From Candidatus Micrarchaeota archaeon (GTDB lineage: Archaea > Micrarchaeota > Micrarchaeia > Micrarchaeales > CABMGC01): 64,000 bases of DNA. The translations under genes were made by a program, and so were the position numbers. Positions 36,050-44,540 of this stretch are shown piece after piece. The notes beneath the pieces are model-generated. The model saw nothing but the letters and a program-made list of their open reading frames with translations. It was not told where the DNA came from and made no database searches. The stretch covers positions 275,198-339,197 of the forward strand of contig JAGWHC010000001.1 of NCBI GenBank assembly GCA_028867025.1, in the 5' to 3' direction. The first letter of the stretch is position 1, and the number at the start of each line of letters is the position of its first letter.

Positions 36050-36718
36050 ATGGTAAACGTGCTCACTCTCGATGGAAAGGGCGTCGTCCTAGCTGTGGTC
36101 ATGGGCGCCCTGATACTGTTTTTCGGGCAGGGATTCGGGCCCTTCTTCCTGCTTGTCATCATACTCTTCCTGGCCATCTCGGCGGTTGTCACTAGGATAG
36201 GAAGGAGGAGGAAGGAGGGGCTTGGGATATACGAGAAGGCGAGAGGCTGGCAGAACGTGCTTTCCAACGGCCTCGGGCCGCTGATAGTGGCTGCTGTGTA
36301 TGCCGCGAACAACTGGTACCTGCATCTTCTTCTCATCAACTTTGTGGCGCTTGTCTACGTGGCGAGCGTATGTGCCGTTGCCGCGGACAAGTTTGCGAGC
36401 GAAATAGGAGTGCTTAACGGCGAGCCGATAATGCTGCTCACGATGAAGCGCGTAAAGAAGGGAACATCGGGGGCGGTGACCGTGACGGGCCTGGCCGCAA
36501 GTCTGATCGGCTCATTCATAATAAGCCTCAGCGTGCTGCTGGTCGGGGGCTCTGTAAATGTTGCTGGGATTGTAGCTGTATCGGGGTTCATCGGGGGCGT
36601 TGCGGACTCGGTTCTGGGGTACTTCGAGGAGCAGGATATAGGAAACAAGTACACCTCGAACTTCGTTTGCTCGGTGGTCGGCGCTGCCGTTTCCTCTGTC
36701 CTTCTGTCGGTTCTTTAG
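36050..36718 (+). CDS. DUF92 / TMEM19 family membrane protein
   Basis: RGWQNVLSNG, ADKFASEIG and VKKGTSGAVT..G. Confidence 0.88.
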   Translation: MVNVLTLDGKGVVLAVVMGALILFFGQGFGPFFLLVIILFLAISAVVTRIGRRRKEGLGIYEKARGWQNVLSNGLGPLIVAAVYAANNWYLHLLLINFVALVYVASVCAVAADKFASEIGVLNGEPIMLLTMKRVKKGTSGAVTVTGLAASLIGSFIISLSVLLVGGSVNVAGIVAVSGFIGGVADSVLGYFEEQDIGNKYTSNFVCSVVGAAVSSVLLSVL

Positions 36719-36791
36719 GCAACTACGGAAGGAAACTTTTCAGATTTGCCATTATAAATAGGCGCTATTTTCAAGAAAAAGAAGTGGTTTT

Positions 36792-37586
36792 ATGCATCTA
36801 GTTGAACCCAAAGTCTTCCTTGTTGCTGAGTCAAAAATAGATCATCCTGAACTGAAATCTGCGTTGAGAGACATAGGAGGCGGCATAGCTGAAGAATGGT
36901 TTGAAAGAGTTGAGAACGCCTCGGAGTCGGACGGTGAGCTGCTCACCGAAGTGGCCGGCAGGGCATGCTATAAAAGCTACGGGGTTGGTCTGAATCCTAA
37001 CGTAAAGAGGATACGGGAAGATTCGGGCGAATACCTGAGCAACACACTGAGCAAAGGAGACGGTTCGATTTTCGAGCACACGATGCTTACTTTTGTGTTT
37101 GTAAACGTGAGCAGGGTGTTTACGCACGAGTTGGTTAGGCATAGGGTCGGTGTTGCGATAAGCCAGGAATCAAAACGGTATGTCAGGGAGGTTGACATAG
37201 GCGTTTGGGTCCCTCCGGGGCAGGGGGATCTCGAGGGCTGGATGGTCGAATCTGCACAGATCATGGAGCAGCGTTATAGGGAGAAGGAGGCCAGCTATGA
37301 CTGGGACAGTATGACTTTCGATGAGAAAAAGGCCAAAACCTCTGCGCTTAGACGTATGTTGCCTGAAGGGAGATCTACCGTTGTCGTCTGGTCGGTAAAC
37401 CTAAGAGAACTCAGGCATATATTGAACATGAGAACGAGCGAAGGTGCGGAAGTGGAAATGCGTTTTGTATTTGACAAAGTGGCAGACATCGTGAAGGAAA
37501 GGTTCCCTTTGGTTTTCAAGGACTTCGAGTCAAAGCAGATAGCGGACGGAACGAAGAGCTGGAAACCGCAGTATGCAAAGGCGTAG
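36792..37586 (+). CDS. thyX: FAD-dependent thymidylate synthase
   Basis: AGRACY.S, SIFEH, VSRVFTHELVRHR...SQES.RY and NLRELRH...R. Confidence 0.95.
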   Translation: MHLVEPKVFLVAESKIDHPELKSALRDIGGGIAEEWFERVENASESDGELLTEVAGRACYKSYGVGLNPNVKRIREDSGEYLSNTLSKGDGSIFEHTMLTFVFVNVSRVFTHELVRHRVGVAISQESKRYVREVDIGVWVPPGQGDLEGWMVESAQIMEQRYREKEASYDWDSMTFDEKKAKTSALRRMLPEGRSTVVVWSVNLRELRHILNMRTSEGAEVEMRFVFDKVADIVKERFPLVFKDFESKQIADGTKSWKPQYAKA

Positions 37587-37856
37587 CTAGTCTGTGGAGT
37601 ATTTCCGCCATTCTTTGTGTTTCTCAAGGAATTGGGGTATGTAGGGGCAGTCCGGCTTCACTTTCAGACCTTTTTCCTTTGCGAATTCGAAGACGGCTGT
37701 TGCGAGCAGTTCTGCCACTCCCTGGCCTCTGTCCTCTTGCGGCGTGAAGGTGTGATAAACGCTGATCGTCTTGCTATCTATTTTGGAGTAGAGCAGCTCC
37801 GCTTCCCCGTGCTCGGTCTTGGCGTAGAACCTTCCACTGGTGTGTTTTATTTCCAT
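37587..37856 (-). CDS. Small GNAT N-acetyltransferase (YjdJ-like)
   Basis: HTF.P...RGQGVA..L and KVKPDCPY. Confidence 0.88.
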   Translation of the reverse strand: MEIKHTSGRFYAKTEHGEAELLYSKIDSKTISVYHTFTPQEDRGQGVAELLATAVFEFAKEKGLKVKPDCPYIPQFLEKHKEWRKYSTD

Positions 37857-37865
37857 GCAAGCACA

Positions 37866-37938
37866 TGCGCATGCCGGGATTTGAACCCGAGTTGATGCCT
37901 TGGGAAGGCATCGTCCTACCAGGCTAGACTACATGCGC
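37866..37938 (-). tRNA. tRNA-Gly(CCC)
   Basis: Acceptor GCGCATG/CATGCGC plus A; anticodon arm ATGCC-TTCCCAA-GGCAT; T-loop TTCAAAT. Confidence 0.95.
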
Positions 37939-37964
37939 CCGTATGAGATTTGGCGCCGAATATT

Positions 37965-38738
37965 TTATCTTATGTAGCTTGGGTCTCCCTTGAACCTGCC
38001 TCCCATCTCCGGAGGGAATGGCTGCATCCTCGGCTCCTCAAGTTCCTTCAGCATCTTCTCGGTCTCGCCCTTTAGCTTCTCTATGCTGCTGAGGCTTATC
38101 TCCATTCCAAGCAGCTTGCCGATGACCTGCAGCACAGCCTTTGCAGAGTTCGCGTCCACGTCAAGCATGCCAGTCTCGCCCATTATGCATGCCGCGCTCA
38201 TCCTGTGCATCTTTGAAAACGCGACTATCATGCCGGCAGAGCCTAGCACGGACATGCCAGTCGCATCTGTAGGCGTCACGCCGTACTTCTTGATATGACC
38301 AACGGTCTGCGCGTCAGTTGCCAGGCCAAATACCTTGGGCTCCTTCACGTACTGGGTGCCCATGCTGTAGCCGCCGATAGTGTATATGCGCGTCCCTCCA
38401 AGGTGTTTGAAGAACTCGACTATGCGCTCATTGACCTCATACTGACCTTCAGGGGTAAGGGGCTGTGCGTCGCCGAGAAGTATCACGACGTCGCTCTTTC
38501 CCTTGACGCCCTTTGCGTAGTAGAACCTGTTGCTGACAAGCCTGAACGAGCCGTCCTTCAGCATTATTATCTGGTAGGGAAAGTGCGGTGAGTAGAGCGT
38601 GGCGAATCTCTTTGCCTTCAGCTCCTTCTTTAGATGCTCTGCCACCAGGCTCCCTATGCTGCCTATTCCAGGCAGCCCCACGAACAGCACCGGGTTGCTC
38701 AGTTTCGTCTTCTTGTAATATATCTTCGTCTCCTTCAT
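37965..38738 (-). CDS. PAC2 family proteasome assembly chaperone
   Basis: GLPGIG.IG, YSPHFP, GDAQP...GQY and CIMGET; C-terminal HbYX-like YIR. Confidence 0.9.
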   Translation of the reverse strand: MKETKIYYKKTKLSNPVLFVGLPGIGSIGSLVAEHLKKELKAKRFATLYSPHFPYQIIMLKDGSFRLVSNRFYYAKGVKGKSDVVILLGDAQPLTPEGQYEVNERIVEFFKHLGGTRIYTIGGYSMGTQYVKEPKVFGLATDAQTVGHIKKYGVTPTDATGMSVLGSAGMIVAFSKMHRMSAACIMGETGMLDVDANSAKAVLQVIGKLLGMEISLSSIEKLKGETEKMLKELEEPRMQPFPPEMGGRFKGDPSYIR

Positions 38739-38745
38739 GCCCCGC

Positions 38746-39486
38746 CTACTTCTTTACCTCTACGCTCAACTGGCCTTTATACTTTTCCAAGACCTTAGTT
38801 GCCTCCTTTATCTTGCCCTCCACGGCAGGGTAGCTGGAACCCTTGGCGCTAATCTTGTAGTGCGGGGCGCCCTCGTAAAGAACTTCTACGCCAAGCGCCT
38901 CAACTTCCCCGAACGCCTTCCTTATCGTCGTGGCTCCTCCCTTACCGTTAATCGCACGCAACTCAACAGAGTAGCCCACTTCATACTCTTTGGGTTTCAC
39001 GTTCTTGGCTACTATTTCCTCGAATGCCTTCTTGACATCGGCGTCCAGAACACCGCTCGGTAGCTTGTTCTCAACTACCATGTCGAGCATCTCCGAATAT
39101 GTGTGTGCCAACTGCGCGGCTTTCTTCTTTATTTCGTCGAGCTTGTTTTCTTTGTGCGCTGCCTGCGCTGCTTGGACGAAGAATTTCTCTGCCCTTTTCT
39201 CGAGGTTGTACTCGTTTATCTTGTCCTTCTTTTCCTTCGAGGTCACCTTCTTGAGCGAAACGTCAAGGGCCCTCCTTGTCGGATCTACGAACACGACCTT
39301 GGCAACGTCGCGCTGACCCTCCCTTATGAACTCGTGTATATTCTTGATCCAGCCGCTAGCGACCTCGCTTATCGGCAGGTATGCGTCGGCCTTGTATTCG
39401 ACGAGCTCGCAGTATGCCCCGTGGGGCATTATCTTGGTTATGTTTACCAGTATTATTTCTCCCATGTTTGGGAGCTCCTTCTGCAC
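38746..39486 (-). CDS. eif2a: Translation initiation factor 2 alpha subunit
   Basis: S1 domain GAY..L.EY, LPISEVASGWIKNI, DVSLK.V and GAP.Y. Confidence 0.95.
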   Translation of the reverse strand: MQKELPNMGEIILVNITKIMPHGAYCELVEYKADAYLPISEVASGWIKNIHEFIREGQRDVAKVVFVDPTRRALDVSLKKVTSKEKKDKINEYNLEKRAEKFFVQAAQAAHKENKLDEIKKKAAQLAHTYSEMLDMVVENKLPSGVLDADVKKAFEEIVAKNVKPKEYEVGYSVELRAINGKGGATTIRKAFGEVEALGVEVLYEGAPHYKISAKGSSYPAVEGKIKEATKVLEKYKGQLSVEVKK

Positions 39487-39496
39487 TATCGTGCAA

Positions 39497-39778
39497 TCAC
39501 CTCTTGATCTCTATCTTCTTCTTTGAGCGGTCGCCCATGACCCTCTCCACGGACTTGCCGCAAACTGTGCATTTAAGCATGATCTTCTGCTTCTTGGCAA
39601 GCTTCTTCACTATCAGCCTGAGTTCCGCGCTGCCTGTGTATCCCTTGATCGCCCTGTTGTGCCTCCTTGTTCCTATACTCTGTCCGCGCGCTGTGCCTTT
39701 GCCGTAGTTGGTAACCTTGTGCAGAGTGTGCTTGTTGCAGTATGGGCAATAAGCCATTATTTGGTTCTCTATTTTCAT
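39497..39778 (-). CDS. rpl44e: 50S ribosomal protein L44e (eL42)
   Basis: YCPYCNKHT.HKV and K.AKK...LKCTVCGK. Confidence 0.93.
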   Translation of the reverse strand: MKIENQIMAYCPYCNKHTLHKVTNYGKGTARGQSIGTRRHNRAIKGYTGSAELRLIVKKLAKKQKIMLKCTVCGKSVERVMGDRSKKKIEIKR

Positions 39779-39785
39779 AAAATCA

Positions 39786-40268
39786 CTAGGCGACGATTTC
39801 GCCTATCTTGTTCTTGATGATAAACTCGATGTCGTTGCTGTCCGATACCTCAACGACCTCGCCCTGCCTGAAAGGGCCTATCTTCCTGCCTTCGGTTGTG
39901 AAAACCTCAGGAATGTCGGAGGTAATTCTCATCTTTGAGATCTTTGTGATGGAGTCGTCCTTTGTGAGTACGCCCCTGATATCGTTGAATAGCTTCTCCT
40001 CCTCGACCGGTACCGAGGCTGGAAGCGGTTTGTTGTATGCAATGTAAAGAAGTATCTTCTGCTTTCTCTTCTCCAGAAGCGACGCAAGCATTCTTTTTGT
40101 GTTTTCGGCCTGTCTCTCATCCTCTTCGCTTCTATGTTTGCCCGAAAGAGAAGCCACATACTTGTCTGCCTGTATGTAGAAGTCCTGCTGTAGCTGCTGA
40201 AGCTCGCCTGTTGCTTTTTCCTGTTGCAACACCGAAAACAGAAACTCTGCGGAGACAGTAAGGCTCAA
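39786..40268 (-). CDS. GINS complex subunit (Gins51-like)
   Basis: EK...ELQ.L..DFY, R.QKI, EEEKLF and B-domain DIPE....G..IGPF..GEVV; conserved position upstream of rpl44e. Confidence 0.8.
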   Translation of the reverse strand: MSLTVSAEFLFSVLQQEKATGELQQLQQDFYIQADKYVASLSGKHRSEEDERQAENTKRMLASLLEKRKQKILLYIAYNKPLPASVPVEEEKLFNDIRGVLTKDDSITKISKMRITSDIPEVFTTEGRKIGPFRQGEVVEVSDSNDIEFIIKNKIGEIVA

Positions 40269-40506
40269 AAAATTACCCAGTGACAGTTAGATTCCACTAT
40301 TATCTCCCCGAACTTTTTATTATACTTGCTGTTAATTGACAAATATCTATATACATATAAAGAGAAAGCAGAGCGATTAGTGGAACTGAACCCTCTCCCG
40401 AAGCGTTTGACAACAAATAAAAAACACAAGCACATAGTTAAAACATTTGGGTGGGCCTCGGCGGGCGGTTACGCGTAATCGACCCGCTCATAGCCTTATT
40501 TTCGAT

Positions 40507-40604
40507 TAGCGAGGGGAGGATTTGGACCTCCGGTCTTCGGGTTTCACACAAGCCAAAACTGCTTTTATGAGCCCGACGGGTACTCCAGGCTACCCTACCT
40601 CGCT
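40507..40604 (-). tRNA. Initiator tRNA-Met(CAT) with 23-nt intron at 37/38 (40543-40565)
   Basis: A1:U72 acceptor AGCGAGG/CCTCGCT; anticodon stem TCGGG/CCCGA with three G-C pairs; T-loop reads TCCAAAT. Confidence 0.92.
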
Positions 40605-40661
40605 ATGCAATACACTAGCCTCTCAGGGTATAAAAGCTTTCAATCTCCAGAAAATCGGCAG

Positions 40662-41045
40662 CTACTTTTCTCTCTTTACAGGCTCAAACAAAAGTCCGCT
40701 CATTACCCTTTCGGACACGTTCTTCACAAAGGGCTTTACGATTTCATGTGCCTTTGAGCCAAAAGCATCCGACAGCTTATACTGCATGATTGCCACACTT
40801 CCGATTACTGTGTACCTGTGCGACACAAGCTTTGCATGCTCAAGCGTCGACATCAAGTCCAGCATGCCTGTTTCCGTTATCGGACTTTGAGGGTGTGATA
40901 TGTTGTACTGCAGCGTAAGGTCCTTCAGGCCGGCCCATTCGTGTTCGTTCAGGTAGCCGAGCAGCTGCTGATTTAGAAGCAGCACAGCGACAACCTTGGA
41001 TGTGTCCTTGTCGGTTTTTATCACTCTAAGCTCTTCTTCCCCCAT
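40662..41045 (-). CDS. Hypothetical protein, possible winged helix
   Basis: LMSTLEHAKLV...YKLSD..G resembles a wHTH wing. Confidence 0.55.
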   Translation of the reverse strand: MGEEELRVIKTDKDTSKVVAVLLLNQQLLGYLNEHEWAGLKDLTLQYNISHPQSPITETGMLDLMSTLEHAKLVSHRYTVIGSVAIMQYKLSDAFGSKAHEIVKPFVKNVSERVMSGLLFEPVKREK

Positions 41046-41054
41046 CTTGTCACC

Positions 41055-41450
41055 TTAACGGCCCGAGCGCTCAAGGAATTTGCTGAAGGCGACGGCCTCT
41101 TTCGGCCTCATCGTTTCGGCATAGACGCCAAGTTCCTCTTTGAATCCTGATTTTTCATCAAGTTTCAGAGAAGTAGCGCCCTCTCTCCTTATCTTTTTGA
41201 TTAGATTATCCAAATACCTTCTGGAACCTCCAACACTATCGGGCTTTGGTTGCAATATGCGCCTGATAACTGCGTCAGAGGGCTCTATCTCCACAAGCGC
41301 CTTGGCCTCGAGCTCCATCTCAATCCGCGCCCTGGTTCTTGCAGCCTCGCCTGTCACCAGAGATACTGGCGTTACGTTGACATCAAGGGCAAGTTCATCA
41401 AGGTCGCTTTCTCTCTCCGCAATTCTGCTTCCGAAAATAAATCTAGGCAT
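41055..41450 (-). CDS. Hypothetical protein
   Basis: 131-aa ATG ORF with GGGGAG SD; no motif. Confidence 0.6.
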   Translation of the reverse strand: MPRFIFGSRIAERESDLDELALDVNVTPVSLVTGEAARTRARIEMELEAKALVEIEPSDAVIRRILQPKPDSVGGSRRYLDNLIKKIRREGATSLKLDEKSGFKEELGVYAETMRPKEAVAFSKFLERSGR

Positions 41451-41470
41451 AGTTCTCCCCTAAACATGAA

Positions 41471-42202
41471 TTAGGCAGGCGAAGGTACAGCCTTGTTCTG
41501 TGCTTTGACCTCTTCCTCCTCGAAAAGGGCCCTTGCCTCCTCCTTGCTGAGCTGCTTCAGCGCCTTGCCGCAGCCCTCGCACTTGAACCTCATCTCATAA
41601 GCAGCATCGAATGGAAGTATCACCTTCGATTCCTCATAGCACTTCCCACAATAGAAGAAATCGTTGCAGTTGTCCGGCAGCCTGTAGCCGTTCTCCGGCT
41701 TCGCAGTCAGCGCGGTCTGATGCAGCTCCGTAAGCTTCTCTCCGTCAAGGTACCACTTGAAGGTGAGCCAGCCCTTGCTGTCCTTATTTGTGTCGTACCT
41801 CGCCACGCCGTAGCTGTCGAGCACATTGAGTATGCGCCTGACCTCGTTTATCTTCACGCTGAGATCTGCAGCTATCTTCTCATCGGTCTGAGGAGAATTC
41901 AGCATGCGTATAACGTTTATGGCCTTCTTGCCTACGTTCCTTGATATGAAATCGGCGAAAACAACATTCCCCAGAAGATCATCGACCCTGATCCTCTCGC
42001 CCTCAGCGAACTCAGCAGCAAGTTTTGCCTGGTCTTTGAGCGCCTTCTTCTGTGCCTTCAGGCGCAGCACCTTCCTTTCCTCTGCTCGCGCCCTCTTCTG
42101 GCGTTCGCTCATCCTGTGACTATTATTCGGCTTCGCCTTTGTTGACTTAGAACTAGCCTTCCTGCCTTTTGCCATCTTCGCACGACCGGTCTTCTTAAAC
42201 AT
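41471..42202 (-). CDS. tfe: Transcription factor E (TFE alpha)
   Basis: TDEKIA..L.VKINEVRRILN.L, GWLTF.W and zinc ribbon FYCGKC...F..A....FKCEGCG..L. Confidence 0.92.
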   Translation of the reverse strand: MFKKTGRAKMAKGRKASSKSTKAKPNNSHRMSERQKRARAEERKVLRLKAQKKALKDQAKLAAEFAEGERIRVDDLLGNVVFADFISRNVGKKAINVIRMLNSPQTDEKIAADLSVKINEVRRILNVLDSYGVARYDTNKDSKGWLTFKWYLDGEKLTELHQTALTAKPENGYRLPDNCNDFFYCGKCYEESKVILPFDAAYEMRFKCEGCGKALKQLSKEEARALFEEEEVKAQNKAVPSPA

Positions 42203-42266
42203 ATATTACGCACCACACAAATAAATATCCATTTACTTCTTTCATAATCATTCTAAAAGTCTAGGC

Positions 42267-42455
42267 CTATTCTCTCACTGCAGCCAATTCCAGCAATCCG
42301 TCTCTTCTTATCCTAATTAGGGCCGCATCTCTTCCGCCCTCCTTGACCATGAACTCATGGGCAACCAACAGCGTGCTTAAAGTGTAATTTGTACCATTCA
42401 CCGGTTTGTTGTTTGCTCCTATGCTCACATTCTTGCCAAAATCGGCTTCTATCAT
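42267..42455 (-). CDS. Small hypothetical protein
   Basis: 62-aa ATG ORF; weak wHTH-like tail. Confidence 0.35.
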   Translation of the reverse strand: MIEADFGKNVSIGANNKPVNGTNYTLSTLLVAHEFMVKEGGRDAALIRIRRDGLLELAAVRE

Positions 42456-42548
42456 TTTTTCACACTCAAACTATGTATTTTCTCCTATTTAAACAATTTC
42501 AAATCTTTAATTTTATTTTCGATTTTTTCGGATTTTTTAACCCCGTAC

Positions 42549-42878
42549 CTACTTGTTTCTAAACACGCGTCTTCCCAATTCGCTTATTGTAGCTACCTCT
42601 CCGAGTGCTTTACCCTCTTCCGTGAGCTCTATCTGAAGCTTTCCTTCTCTAAAAGAGCTTACAATCAGGCCTGCTATTTCAAGGGTGCTTAGCGCACCTA
42701 TTGCGTTGCCCCTCGAGAACCTTCCCTTCCTCCTCACTTCTTGCGTGTTAGTGGTGCCTTCGCTGCATACAAACTCGAAGACCCTGTGTACAACGTGTTC
42801 GTTGCTGTTCATGAGCTCAGAGTAGAATGTATCGCTGCTTATATTTAAAGTGTCTTTTATTTTGCAAAATACAGTCAA
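42549..42878 (-). CDS. Winged-helix domain protein
   Basis: SRGNAIGALSTLEIAGLI...IELTEEGK; start position uncertain. Confidence 0.65.
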   Translation of the reverse strand: MTVFCKIKDTLNISSDTFYSELMNSNEHVVHRVFEFVCSEGTTNTQEVRRKGRFSRGNAIGALSTLEIAGLIVSSFREGKLQIELTEEGKALGEVATISELGRRVFRNK

Positions 42879-42978
42879 ACAATTGTTATTTTGCTAATAC
42901 CTCTAGACTGCGGTCGCCGATATGTATTATGCATCTCCTGATATTTAAGCATACGGAGACTCCAGCGCTTTGGCAAAG

Positions 42979-43053
42979 CGGGCTCGGTGGGATTTGAACC
43001 CACGACTTGCTGGTTAAGAGCCAGCCACTCTGACCAATCTGAGTTACGAGCCC
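42979..43053 (-). tRNA. tRNA-Lys(CTT)
   Basis: Acceptor GGGCTCG/CGAGCCC plus G; anticodon arm GCTGG-CTCTTAA-CCAGC; T-arm GTGGG-TTCAAAT-CCCAC. Confidence 0.95.
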
Positions 43054-43063
43054 AAAATAGGGG

Positions 43064-44389
43064 TCACTTGACCTTTGTTCTTACAAACTTCTCTATTAAA
43101 GAATCAAATTCCTTTCCGTGCGGGCGTATCTCATATGAGACCTGCACTATTGGCTTGTTTGCGTTTATTATCTGCCTGATGTCTGTGGGGGTGGCCGACA
43201 GCACAATGTCGCATTCAGCCCTGTTCACGGTGGCTTCCAGGTCCCTTATCTGCTTCGGGCTGTAGCCCATGGCAGGCAGCTCCTTGTCCAAAGCCGGATA
43301 CCTCACAAAGGTGTCCTTTATAGTGCCAACAGCATACTTCTTCGCATCCACTGTGGTTCCCGCCCCGTACTGCTTTGCGGCCACCGTTGCGGCTCCGAAA
43401 CGCATGTTCCCGTGGGTTATTGTAGGTCCGTCCTCAATCAGCAGTACGCTGCTCCCCTTGATTATCCTTTCGTTGTCGACGCTTACCACGGAATCGGCGA
43501 GAAGCACCTTGGCGCCGCTGTTTATGCCTTTAAGGTTCTGCTTTACGCGCTCTACGTCAGTTTTCTTCGCGGAGTTGACCTTGTTGATTATTATCACATC
43601 CGCAATTCTGGCGCAGATCTCACCAGGATAGTAGGAGAGTTCGTTTCCGGCACGCAGCGGATCCGCGACAGTTATCATCAGGTCTGGTTTTATGAAAGGG
43701 AAATCGTTGTTGCCCCCGTCCCATATCACGACGTCGGCCTCGCGCTCCGCCTTCCTGAGTATCTTCTCGTAGTCAACCCCTGAGTACACCACGAAGCCGT
43801 TCCTAATGTGCGGCTCGTAGTCCTCCCTTTCCTCTATTGTTGTCTTGTACTTGACAAGGTCCTTCAGCTTCGCGAACCTTTGCACCGCCTGCTCCTTCAA
43901 TATGCCATAGGGCATAGGATGCCTTATGATTACGCACCTGACGCCCATCTTCCTCAGAAGCTTGGACACGTATCTTGTCGTCGGACTTTTCCCAGATCCT
44001 GTCCTTACCGCACAAACCGCTATCACCGGCTTGCTTGACTTGAGCATCGTGCTGTCCGGCTGAAGCAGTATGAAAGCGGCTCCGGCAGCATTCACAATGC
44101 TTGCCTTGTGCATTACCGTGTCGTAGTTTAGGTCGCTGTATGAGAGTATGCAGGCGTCAGCCTTCAGCTTCTTTATCAATGCCGGAAGCTCTGATTCGTC
44201 GTATATCTTGATGCCGCGTGGGTAAAGCTTTCCGCTGAGTTCTTTTGGATACGTCCTGTTTGCTATGAACGGGATCTGCGTTGCCGTGAAGGCCACGACC
44301 TCGTAGTCAGGATTGTCACGGAACAGCATGTTGAAGTTGTGGAAGTCCCTTCCGGCCGCGCCGATAATGATAAATCTGGCTCTTTTCAA
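43064..44389 (-). CDS. COG2403 P-loop protein (cyclic-2,3-diphosphoglycerate synthetase / arginine synthetase-like)
   Basis: GAAGRDFHNFN, AFTATQIP, AVRTGSGKS, RHPMPYG, WDGGNND and EDGPT.THG. Confidence 0.88.
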   Translation of the reverse strand: MKRARFIIIGAAGRDFHNFNMLFRDNPDYEVVAFTATQIPFIANRTYPKELSGKLYPRGIKIYDESELPALIKKLKADACILSYSDLNYDTVMHKASIVNAAGAAFILLQPDSTMLKSSKPVIAVCAVRTGSGKSPTTRYVSKLLRKMGVRCVIIRHPMPYGILKEQAVQRFAKLKDLVKYKTTIEEREDYEPHIRNGFVVYSGVDYEKILRKAEREADVVIWDGGNNDFPFIKPDLMITVADPLRAGNELSYYPGEICARIADVIIINKVNSAKKTDVERVKQNLKGINSGAKVLLADSVVSVDNERIIKGSSVLLIEDGPTITHGNMRFGAATVAAKQYGAGTTVDAKKYAVGTIKDTFVRYPALDKELPAMGYSPKQIRDLEATVNRAECDIVLSATPTDIRQIINANKPIVQVSYEIRPHGKEFDSLIEKFVRTKVK

Positions 44390-44540
44390 AAACTCCCCAA
44401 ACAGATTTGCATGCTAAAATATAATACCTTTTAGTAGGTTCGCTTTTAGGTCAGAAATTGCAGTTTACGAGGACAATTTTTCGACGACAAAACGCCCCAC
44501 AAACCTTTATAATGGTTGAACCGTATGTTATAGTATTAGG

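Noticed and set aside
42460-42545. AT-rich stretch with short GATTTTTT repeats
   Set aside because: Low-complexity promoter/terminator-like sequence without distinctive structure.
6447-43053. tRNAs lacking encoded CCA
   Set aside because: True for all six but common in archaea; CCA is added enzymatically.
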